The notes beneath the pieces are model-generated. The model saw only the letters and a list, made by a program, of their open reading frames with translations, did not search any database and had not been told where the DNA came from. From UHGV virus genome UHGV-0311442: a stretch of DNA of 64,000 nucleotides. One strand, given 5' to 3'. Shown here one piece after another: positions 42,614 to 49,721 of the stretch. Position numbers and translations under genes: made by a program. The stretch's first letter is position 1; each line of letters opens with the position of its first letter. The stretch is from a virus.

Positions 42614-42982
42614 TTAGCGATTTTTCGTAATCCATTGTTTGACCGCCGCTTCTAAACCTTCGTGTTGTAAGCCCAGGCGTTGCATAGTCAGCGCCAAGTT
42701 GAGCGTGTGCACAACCTGTTCACGGAACTGATGATCGTTCATGCGGTCCCAGACCTTCTCTACCGAAATATTGTGTTTCCAGAGCAAATAAGCTTCGCGA
42801 CACGATGCGCGACGAACCAAGCTGGGTTTAACAAAAGGCAACTCGATTTCAGGCAAGTAACCTAAAAGCTTAACTAGCGGCGTTACCTGCGTCTTACCGA
42901 AGTCACCGCACTGATAACAAATTTGTAGAATATCAATTTCATTCAACGGTATACCGTAAATTGATGGGTTCTCTGTGAACAT
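42614..42982 (-). CDS. Hypothetical protein
   Basis: Track ORF of 122 aa with an ATG 8 nt after GAGGAG. Its start lies inside the 3' end of the upstream ORF (44-nt overlap). Confidence 0.5.
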   Translation of the reverse strand: MFTENPSIYGIPLNEIDILQICYQCGDFGKTQVTPLVKLLGYLPEIELPFVKPSLVRRASCREAYLLWKHNISVEKVWDRMNDHQFREQVVHTLNLALTMQRLGLQHEGLEAAVKQWITKNR

Positions 42983-43184
42983 TCATATTCTCCTCAGGCT
43001 CGAAATGTGTTTCGGGTGGCAACGTCCCTAAAGCCCCTTGGATACAAGCTGTCAGCGTAGGTTTGCCGAAACAGACCTTACCTATTGTCCCCACATTGGG
43101 ATGCTGTAAGAACGCTTTTGCACGTTCGTATTCCTTCCAACAAATACTCGTATCCAAACCACCCACTCCGTACGATTTTAACAT
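42939..43184 (-). CDS. Hypothetical small protein
   Basis: Track ORF of 81 aa. The ATG lies 4 nt after the long inverted repeat 43189-43241, whose arm contains the only SD-like sequence (AAGAGAG). Confidence 0.45.
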   Translation of the reverse strand: MLKSYGVGGLDTSICWKEYERAKAFLQHPNVGTIGKVCFGKPTLTACIQGALGTLPPETHFEPEENMNVHREPINLRYTVE

Positions 43185-43188
43185 AATT

Positions 43189-43241
43189 AGCTCTCTTGAC
43201 GTAAATTTCTCACACTCATAGTGAGGTACGTCAAGAGAGCT
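43189..43241. repeat. Perfect 15-bp inverted repeat (agctctcttgacgta / tacgtcaagagagct) with a 23-nt spacer containing an inner ctcac/gtgag stem
   Basis: Read directly from the sequence. It lies between the GNAT stop (43251) and the ATG at 43184. The T-run is on the plus-strand side only. Confidence 0.8.
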
Positions 43242-43250
43242 TGATTGTTT

Positions 43251-43694
43251 TTAGAATGTTTTGCTAAAATCGACCCACTCACGATCGTGCGAGTAAACCG
43301 CCTGATAGCCGCGTCGGATGAAATACTCTTTTGCTTCTTTACATTTCGCATACATGCCAGTAACAATCTCGCCGAAAACTTCATCAGCTGCAATTGCTTT
43401 GAAAATCTCTTTCATTACACCCCGTTGACGGTAGTCTGGGAGCACGTATACTGAACGTATCTTAAGTGAACCGTTACGATTCCGATAACTACAGTATCCT
43501 ACCGCGACGTCATCCTGATACACCAGAACTATGCAGTTACCTTCGATCAGTTGCCGAGCTTTTAATTTCGGTACCGACGTTTTGATTTTCAGTAACGTGG
43601 CCTGGTGGTCTAAGTAACGGTAGTGCAGTTTGAGTAAATCGGCAGCTTGTCGCTCACCGACTTTAGAAGATGCGTTCAACAAATAAATTTCCAT
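43251..43694 (-). CDS. GNAT-family N-acetyltransferase
   Basis: The track ORF starts at a TTG at 43700. The ATG at 43694 lies 8 nt after TAAGGT. Acetyl-CoA motif A-like: IRSVYVLPDYRQRGVMKEIFKAI. The beta-strand pattern VAVGYCSYR precedes it. Confidence 0.6.
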   Translation of the reverse strand: MEIYLLNASSKVGERQAADLLKLHYRYLDHQATLLKIKTSVPKLKARQLIEGNCIVLVYQDDVAVGYCSYRNRNGSLKIRSVYVLPDYRQRGVMKEIFKAIAADEVFGEIVTGMYAKCKEAKEYFIRRGYQAVYSHDREWVDFSKTF

Positions 43695-43725
43695 TTGCAA
43701 ACCTTAGAGACGCAAAAAAGTAAAA

Positions 43726-43854
43726 TTAAAACCAACGCGCGATGACGAAAGCCGCAGCGGCTAATATGGCTGTGGTGATTATTAACCCACCCCATGAAAG
43801 TTCCGCGTCGTATAGTGCGGATATCGCTACATTCGTAGCGTTTATCGTGGTCAT
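43726..43854 (-). CDS. Tiny hydrophobic protein (42 aa), below the track cutoff
   Basis: Hand translation: MTTINATNVAISALYDAELSWGGLIITTAILAAAAFVIARWF. The ATG is preceded by GGAGCAGAAA. Confidence 0.4.
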   Translation of the reverse strand: MTTINATNVAISALYDAELSWGGLIITTAILAAAAFVIARWF

Positions 43855-43911
43855 TTTCTGCTCCTATCAATACCCTCACACCGGAGGGTATCTTCTGGAT
43901 TATTTGGGTGG

Positions 43912-44010
43912 TTAATCTTCGAACGCCCAACGGTGTCGTTTAATCAGCCAGTTTAAACCTTTACCAATTAACCACAACGAGCCAAGTGTTAACAGAACCC
44001 CTACAACCAT
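43912..44010 (-). CDS. Tiny hydrophobic protein (32 aa), below the track cutoff
   Basis: Hand translation: MVVGVLLTLGSLWLIGKGLNWLIKRHRWAFED. The ATG is preceded by AGGAGAGGGAAT. Confidence 0.35.
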   Translation of the reverse strand: MVVGVLLTLGSLWLIGKGLNWLIKRHRWAFED

Positions 44011-44020
44011 ATTCCCTCTC

Positions 44021-44200
44021 CTAATTCCGCCATTCGCATTCGCGTTGACGCCAAATTGAACCCCACGATAGTTTAATCAGATAAGATGAAACTACCCATA
44101 AAATCATCACCACACAAAACATGACATAAAGAACCGCTAGAATGGACATGAAGCCAAACCCTGCCGCATCCACAATACGACGGAACCAATCAGTTTGCAT
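44021..44200 (-). CDS. Small membrane protein (59 aa from the ATG)
   Basis: Track ORF 44021..44206 (TTG); an ATG lies at 44200. The hydrophobic core is AAGFGFMSILAVLYVMFCVVMILWVVSSYL. Its start overlaps the stop of the Rad50-like gene. Confidence 0.45.
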   Translation of the reverse strand: MQTDWFRRIVDAAGFGFMSILAVLYVMFCVVMILWVVSSYLIKLSWGSIWRQRECEWRN

Positions 44201-46694
44201 AAACAATTTTTACTCCTTCGTTATACACCGCAGGCAATGTCACCCCTTCCGGTTCGATGACACAGTACGATGCTTCATTAAGTTTAGAATGAACCTCGGC
44301 TTCGTGGGAGACTACCAACAGTTGTGAAAATTCTCCTGAGTTTGCTAACGTTTTAATAAAGCCGACCAGGTTGTTACGGTGCTCCTCATCCATGCCCTCC
44401 GAAGGTTCATCCAAAAGCAACGGAAACTGATGCAACTTCAGCGCTTTGTACGCAGTCAGTCTGAACATCAGATTAAATATCGCACGCTGCGCCTTTGACC
44501 CTTTACGCACGTCAGGAACAGGCTCAGGATGCGTTTTTAGCTGGACAGGAAAAGTATAATCCAAATCGCCGTCAGTGAGATCACAAGGCATAACACGCAT
44601 GGGGTACGTCCAGACCTGTTCGATATAACGCGTCATTAACTCTGTGATTCTAACGATAGCGTTGTAAAAATACTTTCTAAGTACACCCTTTTCTGGCGAG
44701 AAGGCTTGAATCATCAGTTTGTTATTGAACTGCTGGGCTTGTAAGTCAGCAAGTTCGCGTTCCAAACTGTTGAGCTGGTTCAATTCATTTTCCATCTGAC
44801 GATAACGTTCGCGTGCGGTTGTAAAAGCATCCAGCTTCCCTTCTCGTGTACGTAAGAGTTCCTCGACGACCGTATTTGTCAACGTAACCTTAACGTCACT
44901 CTCTAACCGTTCGAATAACGCACTGAAATCATCTACAGCACGTTTAACATTCACTAGATAGGTAAGTGTCGTGTTAGCCAGTTCGTGCTCTCTACGACGC
45001 ATTGAGAGCATCTCTGTGGCTTTACCTAATCGCGACTGTTGGAAGGCGATCTTTTGTTGTAAAGCACCATCGACGTTACCAACGGCCGCTACGGCATCCT
45101 GCCATTCTTTTTCCGCCTTCACTAACCGTTGTCTGGTTTCATGGTACTCAATAGCAGAGTACAACTCACCGTCAAACGCTGCGCATAGACTCCCGAACTG
45201 CTCGCGAGACTCTGTGAAAACGTTACGTTCTTGCAAACGCTTAAAGAACATACTCAAAACAGGGTCCTTTGAATACGTCAGTACAATCTCACGAACCTGC
45301 CGCATATAAGTTACATCAGATTCTAATTCAACACGATCGCGTAATAAGGTCTCTAACTGCGTTTGCAGTTCCGTGCGCTGCTGTTGCTGTCCACGAATCG
45401 AAGACTCAAGTTCAGGCAAAGAACGCGTAACGCCTGGTCGAAACTTAAACCGACACTGCGGACAATCCACTTCCGCTGTTTCTAAGTAGTGGTTACGTTC
45501 GTGATTTAAATTCTGTAAAACGTTCTCCACTCGCTGGAGTCTATCCCGCAACCCGGCGGTTTTTTGATCCATCACCAGAAGCCGTTCTTCCAAAACATTG
45601 AGTTTTTCGGTCGAATGAATTGCGTCCAGCGTTGTTCCTAACCGTTGTCCCCAAACACGCGCGTCGGTAGCCGCACGAAGTTGGTCTAAATTGACGTTAT
45701 CGTTAAATAGACCCGGAAAGAGATGTTCAGTGTCCCATTTGGTAAGTAACTCACGTAAACGTGCCAGCGTATTCTTGAGACCTTCGTGATTCCGCATCAG
45801 GTAGTCCTGTCGTGTCGACTCATCCATCAATAACGACAAGTCTTTATTCAACATCGATACCTCTGTTTCAGTAGACACGACAGCTTCGCGGGCGGTCGCC
45901 TCGTTTTGTCGTGCGACCTGTATCTGTTCATCAGTAGGCAGACCACCACGATGTTGTAATATTGCGTCGATGGTTGGACCCAAGCTGTTTAATGACGCTT
46001 GGATTGTTTCGATGGTGACGCCGCGATTTAATCCTGGCAACTGTTCGATTTCTCGGTTCAGTTCACGTAAATCCGATTCCAAACCTTTTAATCTCGTCGC
46101 TAACTGCTGCCGTTCTTCCTCGTTCTCAATAACACGCGTCCGTAATTCGGCGATCTTACGGCTGGTGATTTCAATACCCCCATTTAAGGCAGTAAGGTTT
46201 TTACGTAAACGTTGATAAAACCCTAACGCGTAAGTGAGGTCAGAGGTGCTTAAACGGTAAAACCACTTGCGACGTAATTCGGTTCCCGCATCGGTTAACA
46301 AGACCTCACCATTTAATAGTTCTTTAATTTCTTTCGTAATACCCGTGATTTCTTCAACACGGGAGTTGTAGACTTTCGCATTACCTTGCTCGACGATCTT
46401 TGCCCCCGTGGTCAGGTTCTCAATATCACAAACCAAAGAGTTGCCTTTACGGGCAACTTTGAATCGATAGCGTTGATCGCCGACTAAACAGTAATTCGTG
46501 TAAGAACCGCCGTCCCTGAATTCAGTTTTAGCTGGTGCTAAGGGTAAGAACACAGACAGTAGACTGGTTTTCCCGCAGCCGTTCCCACCCAGGATAATTG
46601 TTGTTGGAGACTGGATAGTGAAATCGAAGGTTTCAATTTCATGTAACCCCATCCCCGTAAAACCTTTGAGTATAATGCGTTCAACTTTTAGCAT
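44190..46694 (-). CDS. Rad50/SbcC-like (T4 gp46-like) SMC-type ATPase
   Basis: The track ORF extends to 46769. The ATG at 46694 (MLKVERIILKGF...) lies after GGAGGTGGGT. Walker A is GGNGCGKTSLL (nt ~46565-46595). A long heptad-rich middle contains a CPQC hook-like motif (nt ~45453-45464). C-terminal FPLLLDEPSEGMD (Walker B) and LLVVSHE follow. Confidence 0.7.
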   Translation of the reverse strand: MLKVERIILKGFTGMGLHEIETFDFTIQSPTTIILGGNGCGKTSLLSVFLPLAPAKTEFRDGGSYTNYCLVGDQRYRFKVARKGNSLVCDIENLTTGAKIVEQGNAKVYNSRVEEITGITKEIKELLNGEVLLTDAGTELRRKWFYRLSTSDLTYALGFYQRLRKNLTALNGGIEITSRKIAELRTRVIENEEERQQLATRLKGLESDLRELNREIEQLPGLNRGVTIETIQASLNSLGPTIDAILQHRGGLPTDEQIQVARQNEATAREAVVSTETEVSMLNKDLSLLMDESTRQDYLMRNHEGLKNTLARLRELLTKWDTEHLFPGLFNDNVNLDQLRAATDARVWGQRLGTTLDAIHSTEKLNVLEERLLVMDQKTAGLRDRLQRVENVLQNLNHERNHYLETAEVDCPQCRFKFRPGVTRSLPELESSIRGQQQQRTELQTQLETLLRDRVELESDVTYMRQVREIVLTYSKDPVLSMFFKRLQERNVFTESREQFGSLCAAFDGELYSAIEYHETRQRLVKAEKEWQDAVAAVGNVDGALQQKIAFQQSRLGKATEMLSMRRREHELANTTLTYLVNVKRAVDDFSALFERLESDVKVTLTNTVVEELLRTREGKLDAFTTARERYRQMENELNQLNSLERELADLQAQQFNNKLMIQAFSPEKGVLRKYFYNAIVRITELMTRYIEQVWTYPMRVMPCDLTDGDLDYTFPVQLKTHPEPVPDVRKGSKAQRAIFNLMFRLTAYKALKLHQFPLLLDEPSEGMDEEHRNNLVGFIKTLANSGEFSQLLVVSHEAEVHSKLNEASYCVIEPEGVTLPAVYNEGVKIVYAN

Positions 46695-46772
46695 ACCCAC
46701 CTCCATAAAGACGGAGTGTGGTGTAAAAAGAAAAAAATAAAGAAAGGGAGAACCCGAAGGTTCTCCCAAACG

Positions 46773-47381
46773 TTATTTGGTGTACAGGTGATAACCCATT
46801 GAAGTCCAATAATCGACGTTCTTCGTGTTTTCTACCCAAACCTGTCCCGCCTTTGTGGCTAAGACTTCCATTGTCAATGTACAGATCAGATTTGTTACCG
46901 GGATACAATTTCCAGGTGTAACATCATCCAGATAAACCGGATATAAAAACGGCGATTTAATGGATTGGTACGGGTAAGAATAGTGGCTACCGACCTTCCA
47001 CCCTTCTTCTACAGGACAGAGATTAAAAGTGCGTGTTTCAGGAACTGCGTTTTCAGAGATCCAGTTAACAACATCGGCTTTAATTCGATCGTGGTCGATA
47101 TAGTAGAACACAACACGTTGTGGGATACTTGTGGTACCAGCCGGGTCTAAAGCCTCCAACGCCTTAAAAGGCGACGTTAACAATGTTGTACTGTTCTCAA
47201 GCGCGTAAACCAACTTTTCGTAAGCAGTCGGTGTTTTACGTTTAAAATATTCCCGTAAGCGAGGGTATGCCAGGAAGCCCTCTACTTCTTCTTCCATTAA
47301 GTCAATGAATAAAGGCGTATGCGAAAAGCGTTCTGCATTTTGCATCGCTTCAAGAAAACGAACTAATGTAATTTCGTTCAT
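46773..47381 (-). CDS. Hypothetical protein
   Basis: Track ORF of 202 aa with an ATG after AAAGGAAAG. No phosphoesterase (Mre11/SbcD) motifs are seen. Confidence 0.6.
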   Translation of the reverse strand: MNEITLVRFLEAMQNAERFSHTPLFIDLMEEEVEGFLAYPRLREYFKRKTPTAYEKLVYALENSTTLLTSPFKALEALDPAGTTSIPQRVVFYYIDHDRIKADVVNWISENAVPETRTFNLCPVEEGWKVGSHYSYPYQSIKSPFLYPVYLDDVTPGNCIPVTNLICTLTMEVLATKAGQVWVENTKNVDYWTSMGYHLYTK

Positions 47382-47401
47382 CTGGTCTTTCCTTTTAGAT
47401 C

Positions 47402-47429
47402 AAAAAAAGAAGCCCCGAGTAAACGGGGC
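47402..47429 (-). terminator. Rho-independent terminator (minus strand)
   Basis: Stem gccccg/cggggc. The minus strand continues ttcttttttt. Confidence 0.7.
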
Positions 47430-47437
47430 CGGGCTAA

Positions 47438-47914
47438 TTACAGCCCTAAGTGCGTGAGTGATAAAATAGGTTGTGTTTCACCTTTAATCGTCGCGAAGGA
47501 ACGATACATTTCTGCGTTACTTGAAAAAACTTCGTTAGCAACGATACATTCACCCGTCTCTAAAGAAAGGAGATAAATGTAGTCGCTCCATACGCTTTGT
47601 ACCAACACCCACTCAAGTGCGGTATCATTTTCGCGTGTTGTTCGCAGGTGGTGAAAGTAAGGACGGATTGCATCAACTGCCGCATTAAAACGACGGTGAT
47701 AAATTCGGGTTAAATCAAAGGTCCAGATTGTTTCCAGGTCGACTGGATGTAGTGTGCGCACCGTTTCGATAATTGTCGACTGATCATTAAGGCGCGAGGC
47801 TTCGGCGATACGCAGCAGTTTCCAGGCCACCGTTAAGTTGTGGCGAATTTGTTCAGGTTTAGCCGACAGGTCATGATGAAATTGCGCAGCTTGGTAAACG
47901 TTAGATAATTGCAT
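47438..47914 (-). CDS. Hypothetical protein
   Basis: Track ORF of 158 aa with an ATG after CCTAAAGGAGTATTAAA. Confidence 0.6.
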   Translation of the reverse strand: MQLSNVYQAAQFHHDLSAKPEQIRHNLTVAWKLLRIAEASRLNDQSTIIETVRTLHPVDLETIWTFDLTRIYHRRFNAAVDAIRPYFHHLRTTRENDTALEWVLVQSVWSDYIYLLSLETGECIVANEVFSSNAEMYRSFATIKGETQPILSLTHLGL

Positions 47915-47943
47915 TTTAATACTCCTTTAGGTAAACATGTCGT

Positions 47944-47970
47944 AAAAAGGACCCCGGACGTACCGGGGTC
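47944..47970 (-). terminator. Rho-independent terminator (minus strand)
   Basis: Stem gaccccgg/ccggggtc with loop acgta. The minus strand continues cttttt. Confidence 0.7.
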
Positions 47971-47980
47971 AAGACTACAC

Positions 47981-48370
47981 TCAATGATCTAATTCAATAG
48001 CACCAGCCATCTTGCCCCGTTCTTCGATAACAATCAGATAACGGTCGCGAGATTTGCTTTTAGCGAGAGTTAAGACAACAGTAGGGTCGCATGTTTTCGT
48101 GGTGATAGGAAGAACCTCTCTTTCGACGGAATCGAGCAGAAAGTAATAACCTGCGGGACACATTGTGCCACCGTCAGCTTTTACCAGAATATAGCGCCCG
48201 TCTGCGCCGACTTCTTGGCAGATTGTTTCACCGACTTCGCAAACTTCAAACCCCGGAGGATTGTACTGATAATCGGTATTGTTGTTTGGGGTTAGCAGTA
48301 AATCGTTAACTTGAGTAGATGCTGCTACACTCAGGGAGAAGAAGAATGCTAAAACGCAGACGAGACGCAT
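47981..48370 (-). CDS. Secreted small Cys-containing protein; paralog of 48381..48791
   Basis: Track ORF of 129 aa with signal-like MRLVCVLAFFFSLSVAAS. There are four Cys. CEVGETICQ...RYILVKADGGTMC corresponds to CTEIDGLYCQ...RYVFIVEQGGAWC in the neighbour. Confidence 0.6.
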   Translation of the reverse strand: MRLVCVLAFFFSLSVAASTQVNDLLLTPNNNTDYQYNPPGFEVCEVGETICQEVGADGRYILVKADGGTMCPAGYYFLLDSVEREVLPITTKTCDPTVVLTLAKSKSRDRYLIVIEERGKMAGAIELDH

Positions 48371-48380
48371 GAGTTACTCC

Positions 48381-48791
48381 TTAAATTTTAAGTTTATCCA
48401 TAGCTACAACGATAGGTTTTTCCGAAGTGTCTAATATCCCTACCATTGGCACACCATCTACGACTTCGAAGAATGGTTTGTTATTACCAGAGCATAGACG
48501 TTTGTCGTTGTATTCGAGACGTTGGGCCTTCCACGTTTCGAGGTTGAGTACAGACATTGGGCTGTCGTAGCACCAGGCACCACCTTGCTCAACGATGAAT
48601 ACGTATCTGCTACCTTTGTATTTAAACAGACTCTTCGCCTGACAGTACAACCCGTCAATTTCCGTACAATAGAAATCATCGGTGCTATTGACGTATTTAA
48701 TATTGTCTGGCAACTGAATCGTCTTTGCTGTAGCGTTGACAGAGAACAGAACAGCCATTGCAATGAGAAGAGTGTTGATGATAGTTTTCAT
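48381..48791 (-). CDS. Secreted small Cys-containing protein; paralog of 47981..48370
   Basis: Track ORF of 136 aa with signal-like MKTIINTLLIAMAVLFSVNATA/KT. It shares the four-Cys pattern with the neighbour. Confidence 0.6.
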   Translation of the reverse strand: MKTIINTLLIAMAVLFSVNATAKTIQLPDNIKYVNSTDDFYCTEIDGLYCQAKSLFKYKGSRYVFIVEQGGAWCYDSPMSVLNLETWKAQRLEYNDKRLCSGNNKPFFEVVDGVPMVGILDTSEKPIVVAMDKLKI

Positions 48792-48802
48792 GATAAAAGT
48801 CC

Positions 48803-49288
48803 TTAGTATTTAGATTGTTCTACGTATTTCTTAACCAGGTAAGCGAATTCAGCAACACCGATATCACCGAACCAAATCAGGTAACCGGGGTCGATGTTGT
48901 AGTAATAGCCGACGAGTTTCTTGGTGTGTGGGTTGTATAGCGTTACGATGTATTCCCAACCACAAGCGTTAGCTTTACAACCGCCGCTTTCAATCCAGAT
49001 TTTGTTGTTGATATTTACCGGATACATGTTACCGCCAGGGCCATCCATGTAACCTTTAGAGCCGAACATACCATCCAGTCCCACAGGGTCTAGTGTTTTA
49101 TCAACAACGGCTTTAAACGACTTATCGGTATCGTACAAGTCGTTGATGTTTGGGCACGCATTTGGCTGACCTTCCCAAGCGTTTCCATCGCAGGTAAGCA
49201 ATTCGTCTACGGAGGCCGCATCTACAGTTGGCGTGGCACCGATAAACAAGAAAACCAGAAAGAACATCAGTGTATGTAAACGTTTCAT
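48803..49288 (-). CDS. Secreted protein, Ivy-like (inhibitor of lysozyme / lytic transglycosylase family) candidate
   Basis: Track ORF of 161 aa with signal MKRLHTLMFFLVFLFIGATPTVDA/AS. IWIESGGCKANACGWEYIVTLYNPHTKKLVGYYYNID...LIWFGDIG aligns by eye with E. coli Ivy YQVMSACKPHDCGSQRIAVMWSEKSNQMTGLFSTID...LTWLNVND. The loop His is replaced (CKANAC; nt ~48959-48985). Confidence 0.4.
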   Translation of the reverse strand: MKRLHTLMFFLVFLFIGATPTVDAASVDELLTCDGNAWEGQPNACPNINDLYDTDKSFKAVVDKTLDPVGLDGMFGSKGYMDGPGGNMYPVNINNKIWIESGGCKANACGWEYIVTLYNPHTKKLVGYYYNIDPGYLIWFGDIGVAEFAYLVKKYVEQSKY

Positions 49289-49306
49289 TGTAACTACTCC
49301 TTTAGA

Positions 49307-49699
49307 TTATTCGGCAGGACGATTTAAGGTAACGCGTCCGATTAATTCGGCGTTGTGAAAGAAGTCCACAGCGGTATAATTACCAACGGATAATGGGTGA
49401 ATACTAACTGACATTACTTTCGGTTGTTCGCAAGCAATATCGGTTAGACGTTGGTAGACTTGCGCACGGGTGTCAGCAATGAGTAACCCCGTACACGCTT
49501 CACCACGCACTAAACGATAAACTTGCAGTTTACCGAAACTGCGCATTAACGTAGGCGTCTCATCCGGGTTGATAATCGGTGAGTCAGGAGCCGGTTCGTA
49601 ATAGCGGACATCCGAATCACCGAAAGCATAAGTGCCAGTAATTCCGACCGCACAGAAAATAATGATAGTATAAAGTATAGTTCTGATATTCATTTTCAC
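49307..49699 (-). CDS. Secreted or membrane-anchored small protein
   Basis: Track ORF of 130 aa (GTG at 49699; alternative ATG at 49693). The N-terminus IRTILYTIIIFCAVGITGTYA/FG is hydrophobic and signal-like. Confidence 0.55.
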   Translation of the reverse strand: MKMNIRTILYTIIIFCAVGITGTYAFGDSDVRYYEPAPDSPIINPDETPTLMRSFGKLQVYRLVRGEACTGLLIADTRAQVYQRLTDIACEQPKVMSVSIHPLSVGNYTAVDFFHNAELIGRVTLNRPAE

Positions 49700-49721
49700 G
49701 CACTCTAAAAAAGATTAATAG

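Noticed and set aside
43187-43393. 68-aa minus-strand ORF, and the 84-aa ORF at 43676..43930
   Set aside because: The first overlaps the GNAT gene out of frame and includes the inverted repeat. The second spans the GNAT start and the intergenic region, which is better explained by the SD-preceded 42-aa hydrophobic ORF.
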